NCBI RefSeq assembly: GCF_001194135.2
Contig: NC_068984.1
Span: 68,579,474-68,643,473, forward strand
Direction of reading: 5' to 3'
DNA: 64,000 nt
Source: Octopus bimaculoides
Taxonomy: Eukaryota
This document shows, piece after piece, positions 1 through 13,289 of the stretch. Position 1 is the stretch's first letter. Every line of letters starts with the position of its first letter. A program made the position numbers and the translations under genes. A model generated the notes under the pieces. The model did no database searches. It was not told where the DNA came from and worked only from the letters and a program-made list of their open reading frames with translations.

Positions 1-59
1 AAAGAATATTTATATAGACATATGTAAAAGAAGATAAATGTTTCCTTTGCGAGCCATAC

Positions 60-260
60 CAAGCTGATTAGGGCCACTTTCCTTGCTATCAGTGGTGTAC
101 ATATTTGCAGGATTAATCATTTTTGCTAGCTGAGTGGATTGGAGCAACAGAAAAGGAAGTGTCTTGCTCAAAAACACAATGTATCACCTGGTCCAGGAAT
201 CAAAACCACAATCTTATGGTCATGACTCCAGCACCCTAACAACTAAGCCATGTGCCTCCG
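60..260 (-). mobile_element. tRNA-derived SINE fragment (family C: tRNA head plus CORE-like domain)
   Basis: The reverse complement reads GGAGGCACATGGCTTAGTTGTTAGGGTG...GTTTTGATTCC (Pol III A/B-box-like), then TTGAGCAAGACACTT. It is homologous to the fuller copy at 43748-43995. Confidence 0.7.
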
Positions 261-319
261 CACACGCACACACACACACACACACACATACGCATTTATG
301 TCTGAGTGTGTGTTTGTAT

Positions 320-401
<82 letters not shown>

Positions 402-412
402 ATATATGTATA
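259..412. repeat. (CA)n/(TG)n microsatellite, representative of dozens of dinucleotide and TA/CA compound arrays in the window
   Basis: Read directly. Similar arrays lie at ~730-800, 960-1190, 4655-5000, 5450-5784, 10715-10850, 14300-14610, 19500-19830, 20110-20215, 44572-44770, 53300-54050 and 60790-61200. Confidence 0.95.
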
Positions 413-759
413 AGATTTTGATTAATCCATGTGCTCAATCTTCACAGAAGTTAGGCACAAGCAATCAGCTTGACTCAGGAAAATTATTAACACTTAATTT
501 TATTAGCCAACAGGGATATGAAATTCAATAGTAAAACCACAGTGTGACTTCAACTTTGACTGCAGAGAAATAATACTAAATACTGGGTAAGTATTTTAGT
601 CTGTCTACTTATTAATTCCTCTAATTCACTATCCTATATTTTACTCAATATTGGAATATACTTTGTTTCCCTACTTATTAATATCTGGTTTTAGCTCATT
701 TTATTTGCTTCGAGTTCAGAAATAATAAATATATATATGTGTATATAATACATACATGC

Positions 760-793
<34 letters not shown>

Positions 794-1130
794 ATGATAT
801 ATGAAGCATTATAAATTATTTTATACATTTATTCTGAGATTGTATCTGAAATTGGATGGAGAAATAGCTATTGTTAATTTATTAAATACGGTCTTTATTG
901 AAGACACTCTCAATTCTTATTCATATCTGTAGTTAACATCAATGCAATATGTGCAAATATACATAGATACATGCATTTATACACAGGTACAGACAGCCAC
1001 ACACACACTTATATACATATATATACATACATGTATAAAAGACATATATGTATATATGTATATATATATGCTTATATACATATATATATATGCATATTTA
1101 TATATAAATATATATATATATATATGTGTG

Positions 1131-1163
<33 letters not shown>

Positions 1164-3789
1164 GTATGTATGTACGTATGTATACACACATCAAATATTG
1201 TTATGAAAATATTTCCTGATTGGTGCTCTCATAAAATAAAACTCTTAATTTTCTTCATGTATTTAAAACAAATTTTGTCATTCATTTTTGCATTGTTGAA
1301 TTTCAAACATTGATATTCTGGGAGTTTATATTTGTTACCTCAAGATGATACTTAAAAATATATTGAAAACATATCAAAGCAATCAATCTTGTTTAAGCAG
1401 TTCCATGAATTGCATGATCTTCTAAATAAATATTTGAGCTTGATATAGATTTTTCTCAAAATGATTAAGTTTAGCTGAAGACATTGTGTTTGCTTTCTTT
1501 TGACAGATATAATTTTATAGTAAATATGATTTTGAAAGTTTAAAAAAAAGAATTCCTCAAATAACATATCAATATATGTACATCGTGTGTAATATTCTGC
1601 AGGGTTTAATATATTTACACAGAATTGTTTATAATTAAATGACACACATACATACACACACACACACACACGTGTACACTCACACACAAATATATGCACA
1701 TATATACACTTATATATTGGAATATGTGACAAATTAAATATTGAAATCAAGGATAAGCATATAACATATATGAATTACTAACAATTAACTATTTATTAAA
1801 ACTCATCCTAATTATCCATATTATCTTAATTCATTGGCAAATATAAAAATTATTGGCAAATAACAATGAAGGATTTTCTCTTCTCTTTTCTGCAGTGATT
1901 AAAGAAAAAATATAAATAGGTTATAGACCTTATACATTTTCACGAGAAAATTTATGATATTTAATGTTTTTACAAAGATCAAGTATCTCGGTAGGATTGT
2001 TTATGTATATCTCTTCAGTAATTGTTCTGAATTTTTACATTTTGTTTAAATCCCACTTGAGATGAAGTTTGCTTTTTATCACTCCGAGATTAATAGGTAG
2101 CAGACAGGTATTTGGGTTAATATAATTGACTTCCCCCCTTCAATTATCTTGTCTTGTGTCTCATTAGCAAGAAATCATTAACATCATTGATGTTGTTTTG
2201 CTGACTAGATACCTTACAGGATATTTGTTTTGGCAATTTACATGTCTTGCAAACAACTCGCACATGCAAGTGCTACCAGTTGAGAACTCTGCATACCGGA
2301 AGCCAGCAAGTGTATGGGGTCATCAGGAGAGAATGTGCACCATTTCAGGGCCTACCTCTCGACGGCTCAATGCATACCGGCCCCCCTCAGTGATATGAGG
2401 CCCCACTTGCTAGATCAACTGGTTATTAAAACAAAGCTCAATATTTCTCTAGCCACCGCTCATCGTCTCTTTTTAACCAAATCCAGTGGCTAGCCTTCTC
2501 CACTGTATTTTGGATATCGGTCATGGTGGTATTTACCTTATGATGAGTTAGGCCTAACGATAACAGCAGTCGTCTCATTCTAAGTTTAAATCATACAATT
2601 GTCTCTCACAGGGATCAAGCCAATTAAGTTAATGGTGCTAGGTTGATAGAATCATTATGTACCAGAAAAAAAACGATGTTTTGAAGCATGTATTCCATGT
2701 GTTTACATTCTGAATTCAAATTCCACCAATGAAAACATGGTGTTACATCTCAGCAAGGTTACTCTCCGAAATTTCATCCTCGTGCTTTTGTTATAAAGAA
2801 TTCATTTTAAAACCTGGCATAACTGCGTGATTACAAAAATTCACTTTGCAATTACAGGCTTTTGAATTTATAGCTTTGGTTGATGGGTGACTGGATATTG
2901 TTTCAGGCTGCATATTTTTCGCAAATAAAACCAAGTTAACAGAAAATTTTTTATAGTGATTAACAACACCGTGCAAACGTTTGAACACAATTTATTGTGT
3001 TACATTAGTATGAAAAGATGCTCATGCTTTACAATCAATATATATAGAAGCAGTAAGGTGGAAATAGCATAATATGCCATGCAAGGAAAATGTCTGTTCA
3101 AGGTTTAACACATGGGCCAGCTTTTAACATATTAAGCAAATATTCAGATGACATGTCATGCCTTCTACATCCTTGATTGACTATGCAGCCATTAAAACAG
3201 CTATAGGGAATGTAATTCGAAGCTTGACTCATAATTGGCAAGAGTAGAGAACATCATACTAGCTTGGATGTCTGTGACACTCTGCGAAATTGGTGCTTAA
3301 ATTTACAGCATTTATAGGCGTTTCTGATAGAAAGTTTCAGACAGTCTACCGAACTATCTTGTGAACAACAATCATTGATTGGATAAAGCCTCAGTTGTAT
3401 ACATAGTTGGATCATGATTGAATTGATTTGAAATTTGTATGGGGCAAAATGTGGGATCCCATTCATGCTACAAATTCAAGTCTAATGATTATTACCTTGG
3501 GTTAGTGACTATCATTGGCACTTCAAGTGTATCAAAGCCTTGTCGATGTTATTTGATAGATGGTATCTGCATGGAAGTCTGTTAAATAACGGTTCCATTT
3601 TTGGATGCCAGACATAATGCATCATTTAAATTAACACAACCAAGTAGCTCTCGAGTGCAAGTAACTAAGTCCATTCCATCGAAAACATTTAGGCCAAGTT
3701 TCTGGTCTGAGAACAAATGCTCCAATTCTTCATGCCAGTGTTGAACATATAGAATCATCAACAGTCAGTCTCTTTACCCTAGGGAAAAA

Positions 3790-4190
3790 TACTCATAACC
3801 TTAACTCTAAAACCCGAACCCTAACCCTAAAACACTAAAGCTAAACCTAGTACCAACGCACGAACGATGTCATAAATAACAGTACCGCCGATAGTTATTG
3901 TTGAAAAACAACGGCACTAATTTTATTCAAGGGAAAAGATCCCATTACACAGCTAGAACATGTTTACATTCCACAGCAGTAATTGTTTCCACCTCAATAG
4001 ACGCCAGTGATTGTTGAAATTGCCGAAATACGACAACTTTTAACATGAAATAACTTCGAATATAAAATTTTTTCTCTGTTCTATAAGACAAAATATACAA
4101 GTATACGAAGTTTTAAAGTGTTTCGATAGAAAACCCACTAAATAAAACATAAATAAAAAGTGGCGCCCGCCAAATCAGAAGGATCCAAAA
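3790..4190. mobile_element. Non-autonomous element carrying a degenerate TTAGGG array and GGATC/GATCC sub-terminal motifs (Helentron/HINE-like); its 5' half is inverted
   Basis: 3970-4190 aligns with 14720-14940. The reverse complement of 3790-3945 aligns with the TTAGGG-containing part of 14610-14705. Confidence 0.55.
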
Positions 4191-4340
4191 ATTGTACAAA
4201 ATGTATTAATGAATAATGAGTAAAGCACCGGTACAGTTTCGATTACCTGTTGTTATCCGTAGATTTACTGCAGGAACTTCGTAGTGACGGTTGGAGTAAC
4301 AGTATTCATAATATAGGAGATGGAATGTGTAATAGACGTT

Positions 4341-4393
4341 ATTGGGTACAACACACGTTTCGACCCGTTATAGGTGTCTTCAGGTACATCAAT
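4341..4393 (-). ncRNA. Type I hammerhead ribozyme motif (degenerate at the 10.1-11.1 pair)
   Basis: Minus strand reads AUUG-AU-GUAC CUGAAGA CACCUAUAACGGGUC GAAA CGUGUGUU GUAC-C-CAAU. This gives the CUGANGA/GAAA core, helix I of 4 bp + internal loop + 4 bp, helix II, and a short helix III with a GUU cleavage triplet. Confidence 0.6.
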
Positions 4394-4664
4394 AAAAAGT
4401 CTCACTAGATATTTATTGAGTCGGCTTACACACCGCTATATGTCCATGAAATTCGAGAATGAGTTTGATCCGAAAAAAATTATTGGAACACAAAAAATTC
4501 AAATATGAACGTGGAAAGTATACTTTTTAGTTTATAGAAAATGACATAAGCTTTCGCTGTTGTAACTGTTAAGAGAAAGAAAAGGAAGTAGAAGTTGAAA
4601 GGAAGATAATACTTAGACGAATTTTTTTTTGTGTTCGTGCTCAGACGCATATATACAAGTACAA

Positions 4665-4716
<52 letters not shown>

Positions 4717-5030
4717 TTATACACATATACATACGCGCTCACACACGCACATCCAAGTATATGGGCATATGCATACAACGAGATACACGCGCAGGAACTC
4801 GTATATGCAGGTGCATACGTCTAGATATTCATAATTATACGTACACAGCATAGATATATGCATAGATTCGTATGTAAAGCAAGATACACACGTCTGTGCA
4901 AAGCTTGACACACACACGTGTTAATATACTCGCATATACACATAAGTAAATGTATGTATATGTATACATACATACATATGTATACATATATACACACATG
5001 TATGCATCTCTAGTGAGACTTTTTCTTGAT

Positions 5031-5071
5031 GTACCTGAAGAGACACAGAACGGGTCGAAACATGTGTTGAC
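5031..5071 (+). ncRNA. Type I hammerhead ribozyme motif, second copy (helix I 3' strand damaged)
   Basis: GUAC CUGAAGA GAC-ACAGAACGG-GUC GAAA CAUGUGUU GAC. It lies in a ~70-bp module (5009-5075) homologous in inverted orientation to 4341-4411. Confidence 0.5.
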
Positions 5072-6658
5072 CGAACTGTGATTGTTCCGTGACATGTCTG
5101 AACTGCAACACTTCTCTTTCTTGAAACTCTTACTGTTCAATTTCCCGTGCGTGTTTCTTGTACTTATGCTAATTAACATTGAGATTAGAATGGGTAATAC
5201 AAACTTCATTTTACACAAACGTCTGTAAATTGTTCCATATTTTAATAACAGTTTTCAGTAAAACGAAGCATCACATTTCTCACACGTAAGTGGTACTGTC
5301 TGAATTTGCACAAAATTGAATTAAACTCAAATTGAGCTGAATTGAATTTAATCAATCTATCCATCTAGAGAGAGCAGACACCCTAGCCGAAATATACTAC
5401 TTGGCAGAAATGAAAAATCTTGTACAGAAAAATAAAAAGACGATTATGTATGTATGTACGCATGTATGTATACGCTCTCACACACATACGCACGCACACA
5501 CATATAAACACACACATACACACACACCTCTCACATACACAAACACACACACACATATATACACTACACACATGCACACACGCCTCTCACATACACAATA
5601 CTCACTCACATACACAACACACACGCACGCACGAAAACATTCACAATATACACATACACGCACGCACAAAAAATATACACACACGCGCACACGGACACAC
5701 ACATACAGACACACAAAAACACACACACCCGTACCTAACACTCACAATCCCACACACACACGCACATCCACACACATACACACCNNNNNNNNNNNNNNNN
5801 NNNNNNNNNNNNNNNNNNNNNNNNNNNNNNNNNNNNNNNNNNNNNNNNNNNNNNNNNNNNNNNNNNNNNNNNNNNNNNNNNNNNNNNNNNNNNNNNNNNN
5901 NNNNNNNNNNNNNNNNNNNNNNNNNNNNNNNNNNNNNNNNNNNNNNNNNNNNNNNNNNNNNNNNNNNNNNNNNNNNNNNNNNNNNNNNNNNNNNNNNNNN
6001 NNNNNNNNNNNNNNNNNNNNNNNNNNNNNNNNNNNNNNNNNNNNNNNNNNNNNNNNNNNNNNNNNNNNNNNNNNNNNNNNNNNNNNNNNNNNNNNNNNNN
6101 NNNNNNNNNNNNNNNNNNNNNNNNNNNNNNNNNNNNNNNNNNNNNNNNNNNNNNNNNNNNNNNNNNNNNNNNNNNNNNNNNNNNNNNNNNNNNNNNNNNN
6201 NNNNNNNNNNNNNNNNNNNNNNNNNNNNNNNNNNNNNNNNNNNNNNNNNNNNNNNNNNNNNNNNNNNNNNNNNNNNNNNNNNNNNNNNNNNNNNNNNNNN
6301 NNNNNNNNNNNNNNNNNNNNNNNNNNNNNNNNNNNNNNNNNNNNNNNNNNNNNNNNNNNNNNNNNNNNNNNNNNNNNNNNNNNNNNNNNNNNNNNNNNNN
6401 NNNNNNNNNNNNNNNNNNNNNNNNNNNNNNNNNNNNNNNNNNNNNNNNNNNNNNNNNNNNNNNNNNNNNNNNNNNNNNNNNNNNNNNNNNNNNNNNNNNN
6501 NNNNNNNNNNNNNNNNNNNNNNNNNNNNNNNNNNNNNNNNNNNNNNNNNNNNNNNNNNNNNNNNNNNNNNNNNNNNNNNNNNNNNNNNNNNNNNNNNNNN
6601 NNNNNNNNNNNNNNNNNNNNNNNNNNNNNNNNNNNNNNNNNNNNNNNNNNNNNNNNNN

Positions 6659-6698
<40 letters not shown>

Positions 6699-7304
6699 GT
6701 TGAGAAAGAGAATGAGAGTAAAACTAAAGTTGAAAAACAAAATAATAAAGCTACATTTCATTTTGTTTACACCTAAGGTGGGTACCTTTAATTTGTAGAT
6801 TATATTGATTGCTTTTCTTTCAATGTCAAAACGCACACAAAAAGTAATGTTGATTTAAACAATCTTGATAGAAAAAATATAAATGAATAAAATTTAAGAA
6901 GTAAAATCTAAACTAAACTGAATAGAAAAAACTTAGTTCATCATGCATGCATTTAATTATATTGTATAGAGGGTTGGGTTGAATTTAGTTTTTTGTAGCA
7001 TATTGATTTCTTTCTTATATAGGTGAAGTAATAATAACCCAAGAAGCAAGTCAGCTTAAAAAGCAGGCTTTAATTCTGTAAAAGTTCTACTAACAGAACT
7101 GTCAAAGACAACAGTTTACATAGTATTTATAGCAGTAGCAGTAGTGAGCAGCAGCTGATAGTAACCATAGAATCTGGTGAAGATTTAACTATTTCTATTG
7201 TTATTATAATAGCATGGAATTATCACGTTCATATCCCAATATCACATTCTATCAAAACACACAAAACCCCGTAGTACTATGTTATTAAAACATTACCGAA
7301 AGCA

Positions 7305-7520
7305 GACGGTGAGGTAGCAGAATCGTTAGCACGCAGGGTAAAATGCTTAGCGGCATTTCGTCTGCTTTTACGTTCTGAGTTCAAATTTTGCCGAGGGTTG
7401 ACTTTCCTCTCATCCTTTTGAGGTCGATAAAATAAGTACTAGTTGAGCATTGGGGTCGATGTAATCAATTACCCACTCACTCGAAATTGCTAGCCTTGTG
7501 CCAAAATTTGAAATCAGTAT
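7305..7520 (+). mobile_element. tRNA-derived SINE family B (head GGCGGCGAGCTGGCAGAA; central GAGGTCGACTTTGCCTTTCATCCTTTCGGGGTCGATAAA domain, Deu/Nin-like)
   Basis: Homologous to many copies: 15111-15322(+), 16411-16630(+), 17380-17588(-), 21120-21335(-), 21985-22404(+), 31168-31320(-), 36985-37165(+), 37205-37342(-), 48080-48511(-), 48539-48755(+), 50925-51025(-). Confidence 0.85.
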
Positions 7521-8555
7521 TAATAATTGAGAATGTAGATAAATTAGAACAATATCTCAAACAAAGTGTAACTTTCAAATTTTCTTTTTATAAAAGTCAC
7601 CATGTCGAGTTTTAAGGGTTTAGTTCAAACATAACTAACATTTGTTTTCATATTCATTTTGCAAGATTATTGATGTGGAGTCGTATGCTAAAAACAGTAT
7701 TATAATATAGGAGGGTCAAACTGCCAATAAAAGCTCTGCCACTGGTTATATATCACTTTAGCTTTATTATCAATCAATTAGACACTTAATTACTTGATCA
7801 ATTGGTTGATCGATTAGTCTTTCAAGGTCCTTTCACCACAGTCTGAGACCTCATCAAGGACAATGATTCCAAGCCCCTCTTTCTCCCTACCATTTATTGC
7901 ATGTTTATTGTTTATCATATGGATTTTGTGGTACATGCGATAAATACTGAGGAGAAAAAGGTGCTTCAGGGGCACATTGTCATTGAGAAGGACTTTGAAA
8001 GGCAAATCGATTTAGCAATTGATCATTGGTTAATTATCTGACTGATAAGAAAGCTGAAGTGAAACATAACCAATGTTTTAATATCTGGTGATAAATCAGG
8101 AAGACCCCTGATGGATCGATGTTTTTTGTGGGGACACAGAGTAACCGTTTAAGTCTAACAGAGGGAGGGATAGCAATTTAACATGATCAAATGACTGTTT
8201 CCTCAAAATGCGTAAAATCTACCCAGATACTCAGCTTAGACTGCAAAGCGCCAGGCACAATAGATTCACATGTGAAGATCTGTAGATTTTAAAGCTTTAA
8301 AGCTAATAACTGTCACGGCTTTCGGCACGATACCGTCATAACATTCGCATTGACAATTTTTGTTAGGGGGATTTGGAGCCAAGTAGCTAGTTGAGAACTT
8401 CTCTTCGGTCAAACTGTGAAATTCATAATTTTCTGTACGGTGTCACCAACACAAATAAAAATAAATGATACCGACCAACCGGGAAAAGAAAGCAAACGGT
8501 TTAAAATGGAAATATAGCTTAACCAAAAGTAGAAGGGTAACACTCTTTTTATCTT

Positions 8556-8942
8556 TTACGTTTTACTTGTTTCAGTCCTTCTTTTTTGACTGCGGCCATG
8601 CTGGGACACCGCCTTGAAGGGTTTTAGTCGAACAAATCGACCATACTTCTTTATTTCTTTTAAAGCCTAGTACTTATTCTATCGGTCTCTTTTGCTGAAC
8701 TGCTAGGTTACGCGGACGTAAATACACCAGCACTGGTTGTCAAGTGATGTTGTGGGACAAATACAGATACAGACCCGCACACGACGGCAGCTTTCAGTTT
8801 CCGTCTACCAGATCTATTCACAAGGTTTTGGTTGGTCTGAGGCTATAGTAGAAGAAACTTGCCGAACGAGCCACGCTGTGTAACTGAACCAAGAACTATG
8901 TGGTTGGGAAGCACACTTTTTACTACAAAGCCACGTCTGCGC
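8556..8942 (-). mobile_element. tRNA-derived SINE family A (tRNA head, CORE-like CCTTGGGCAAG domain, internal microsatellite, LINE-like tail)
   Basis: Homologous to 20740-21352(-), 22472-22720(-), 34563-35990(+, interrupted), 36395-36620(+), 44370-44870(-), 54066-54420(+) and 55655-55870(-). Confidence 0.85.
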
Positions 8943-8952
8943 TTTCACCTAC

Positions 8953-9173
8953 CATCTCCAAGGTCGGCTGTGGTATAATGGATAGGATGTTTCAAATATA
9001 TGTTACTGCTAAGTTCTACTTCAGTTCCACTAAATGCCCAAGTTTGAGATATGTGACAGCTGCGAATATATAATGCTTTTGAGGCGTTATTGACGAAGCC
9101 GGGCCCATGTTGTATTTGGTAGAAGGCTTCCCATAAATCCAGCAGCACATCAACATATCGAGTTATTCTCAGA
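8953..9173 (-). CDS. Candidate internal coding exon of an unidentified gene (LRITRYVDVLLDLWEAFYQ...HPIHYTTADLGD)
   Basis: Unique, non-repetitive 73-codon open frame bounded by ctccag| and |GTAGGT. No homology recognised. Confidence 0.3.
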
Positions 9174-10740
9174 CTGGAGATTTGGTGCAAATGGTTGTAA
9201 CCAAGTGGGAACACGATCGGAAAAATCAACGACAACAATCAAAGAACTACTGTAAATGTTAAAATATACAAAAGAGTAGTGAAACTTCAGAAGTCTGGTT
9301 CTGCTGTCTCAGACATCTCGATTTCAATTACTTTGATATATAATTGGATATCAGAGACAAACATTTCACATAGGTGATAAAGTATTTTCATAAGCAGCTC
9401 ATGCTTTTGTGAGTTCACGACCATGACTATAATTTTAATGCGTTCAAGGAATAATAGTTCATTCAAAGTATTTCAGTATTTCATTTCCTTTCGATGATTA
9501 TTGAGAATAAGATGCAAAACATCTGGGTAAGTTATCTAAGATAGAATGATTCTTTTTTAAAGTGAAGCAGAAGATATGTCTTCTTTTATTTATCACTTCA
9601 AAAACATGAGTTAGATATCAAAATAAGAGATTACGAAAGTTCATGAAGAGATAAAAAGGATATTTAAAATTGCTTTCGTATATTTACTTAACTAATAGCA
9701 GCACAATGTTTCTAATAATAATTTGATCAGTAAAATTAAAACATACCCTCTTAATTCCCAGTTGTTTGCAATATATTATAAAATGAAACTTTGAACTACA
9801 TACATTTGCGCAAAGAGGTAAACTGGATGCTAAGAGGTGTTAACTTGGAATGGCTTGTCGGTTTGCCTAATTCAATTGTATAAATTTTTGCCGAAGTAGT
9901 GTAGAACCATCTTTATATGACAAGAAAAGCACAAGAAATACTTGTTCTATTTGTCAGATCTGTATTGAAGTTTAATGATGTACAATGTATAAAGACGTTT
10001 GCAACATGAAGGTGTTTGAAATACAGAAACCAAAACTAGTAAGTTCTGAGGACAAAATAAGCTTTAAGATCTATATTGTCACATGGAGATTTTATATATT
10101 TTGTAAACTAAGGACGTTTAGAAGGGAATCTGAAAGTATTTTATATAATGACCTGGTGATGTATATAAAATAACATTGAAATTAAGGAAATAATTTAAAT
10201 TACGCTTCGAGAACTCGGAGCAAATGAGCTTACTTGAGGGGATTCTTATGTCGTTTGATTTAGAAATAAGGGAAGTCGTCTCACTTGCAAGATAAATTCA
10301 ATCATGCTACACTGGAAGCCAAATTCTTGTTCAAAAGTAAAAACCTCTGACTTTTGAAGCGATGTAATTAACACTACCAAAATCCCCAAAGTTAATGCAG
10401 CAGTTCAGAATAAATAGTTACACTCACAAGGATCTTCCACGGTCGAAAATAGTTTAAGCCAAACGAAGGCAATTTCAACAAAACAAAAAAACAGATGAAA
10501 CCTGAGAGATCACTATCACTTGCAAATAAAATTCACTAATTTATAACCGGTTATTTCAGTCCAATTGGTATTAGGAGCACATGCAATATTTATGGAAAGT
10601 TTCCATCTCACAATGATTATTATAATTATTATTAACACTACGAGGAAACGGTCTACCTGCGTAGTTGTCAACGAGTATTATAGTAAGGATACACACACAC
10701 ACAACTACATATACATATGAATATATATACATATACACAC

Positions 10741-10823
<83 letters not shown>

Positions 10824-13289
10824 CACACAGTATATATAGATACATATATATAAAAAACAGAAAATGGAGAAATATTGATGAACAGCAATTGACTTACATC
10901 AATTATTATTTATTAATTCGATGCAAATAGACTGCGTCCCATCTAACAACTGTTTCTGTTTCCAGTGTTGCAATGTTCCAATGTTGTCATTGATATGCTA
11001 AAAATATTTATCATATTTGGTAATAAAACCAATCTGAAGTATGGAGCATCAGATGAAGAATAAATAAAAAGAGCCAAGAAAAGAAAAAAGTTGAATATGT
11101 CTATAATCATACGATTTTGCTTGGGTATCTCATTGGGACGTTAAGTAAATGACTAAACTTAAAATAGTATTTGGTGGGTTAATCCTTTGTACGGGGTTAT
11201 AGGATGGATAAATAATAAAAAATAATAGCGGGATGCGCCGAAAGGTTTTAGTCGGAGAAGGTTTTAAATTAATCAGAATAATTTTTAATAATTATGTTTA
11301 TAGTACTAATTAATAGTATTTATCACAGTTTTAATTGATTAAATGTAATTTTTTTTACTTACTAGTAGGTTGTTAAGTCCTTCCATCTGTTGTCCGAAGT
11401 GAGATAGGTCAAGGTCCAACGATCGATATAATTGGTCAGTTGAATATTAAAAACAAAAGACCAGCTATTGAGACGTTACATGGGGTAAGATAAATAGATA
11501 AATAAATGGGAAAATGCTATATGCTGTAAGGGACCCGAAAACGCTGAGGATAGTATATAGTAGATTTAAAAAATAAATATTAATAGAGAAACTTATTTGG
11601 ACATTTAAGAAATAAGACGATTGTGGGCGAAAATGGCCCCAAAGTTTTTTTTTTAAATAGGAATGGGAAATTAGTAAAAACAATGAAAAGAATTTATTCC
11701 GTAGGAAAATTAGGGAAATATGTATAGTTAAGTGGAGGCAATAACTATGATAAGTGGTTTACATTGGAAACTGCTGGTCTACCATCAAATGTACCTAATC
11801 AGTGAGCTGACTAGCCAATCAAACAACTAATTTTACAGCTAATTGGCTAAACAATCTGTAAATCAGTCAGCCTAGTGGTCAATTAAATGAGTAAAAGTAA
11901 ATATCCCTAATTAAATTAATGTTTACAAATTAAAAATTAAAATACTTGCAAATTATTTTTACAGACGCAAGCTCTTACTACAATTTGCTCATGCATTCAT
12001 ACAAAAAAAAAACTCAAAATACATATGCATGCGTATGCACACTCATAAATATATAAATGTATATATATGTATACATCTATGTACACTCACCTACACGTAT
12101 GCACACTCACGTACAACATCCATGCACTCAAGTACACACACGCCGATATACCCAATCAATTTTGATACATATTATATTGTTATATTAACCCGTACATGGG
12201 TACATATATATGCAAGTTTCAACAATTAGTCTCATGCATGTATAAAAGCTCATAATAATATTGATAGCACGTAGATAAGTGCTAACTGCAAAACAAAGAT
12301 CCAGCAAATGCATTACTAAAGGAGGGTGTAGGGTATAAAGTTAGTATTACTGTGTTAAATTATTTCGTTATGCGGGGAGTGGATAGTGAAATGAGTAAAT
12401 CTAATAAGGAGTCTCCATTAAATAGAAGTAAACCAATGCAGACTTAAAGTGGCCTAGAATATACTAACGTGAAATAAGATATCAATGAGTATGGAATGGT
12501 AAAGTACGTTACAAAATACAGACAAATTCATTCATTATTAAGGTGGAGGATCAAGACACTATTAAGGGGGGGGGGTATGGTAGGGGAATGGACACTTGTG
12601 CACTATAGTCTAAATTTATGTTAAGAGTTAAGAGAACTGGCATTATATGATTATAAGAAGGTGTAAAGGTTATATTGAGGAGTAGTAAAATGAAGCAATA
12701 TGATATAATTTAGTTATTTTCTGTGGGAGATGTGGTCCTTAAACTCGGATGGGTTTAGAGTAAGGATATTATTGCTGGGTTACTTAAAAAGGGCCTCGGT
12801 AAGTAAATCTATTTAACGAGAGACGGAGCTGCATACGGGTCGGACTGTTCACCACCTACCTTGAAAGAATTGAGACTGGACATAATCTCCATCTATGAAC
12901 ATTTACTTCCCTGTTTGAATACTCTGTTGTTGTGATCAGAAGTTTACCCCTTTTTCTTACATTATAATTTGTCTGATCGTAACAATATATATATATAGGA
13001 TGGGTCAAATATCACGTACAAAATAAGTTCAGTTCGCTCCGAAATTGTCAAAGGTATACTTCAGGTTTTCTGAAATTGAATAAATTAATGAAGAATACTC
13101 ACATAGTTGTACATGATGAACTAGCTGAAAAGAATGATTAATAATGTTACGGACATTCTTGTCGAAAACGATACGTGAGTGTTCAGCTTTGCGGAACGAT
13201 TTGCACAAATGATTTGTTTATAGTGATCAAATGTTCGTACGGCACATTAGCTTACTCACTCCATCAAATCAACGTTGTCTAAACACGTG

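Noticed and set aside
2700-3780. Partly open minus-strand frames with faint transposase or LINE-like words (EELEHLF, CYFHL)
   Set aside because: The motifs fall in different frames, stops are many, and no coherent domain order can be supported.
5401-6836. Long ORFs spanning N-runs (also at 15.5, 17.7, 25.1, 28.8, 32.7, 53.6 and 60.2 kb)
   Set aside because: Their length comes from X codons in gaps, and the flanks are microsatellite translations.
7814-8005. 63-aa ORF and a possible small minus-strand exon
   Set aside because: Short, with no recognisable homology, and within chance expectation.
11150-11700. Possible NUMT (AT-rich, hydrophobic translation)
   Set aside because: No match to remembered mitochondrial protein or rRNA motifs; the composition fits decayed repeats.
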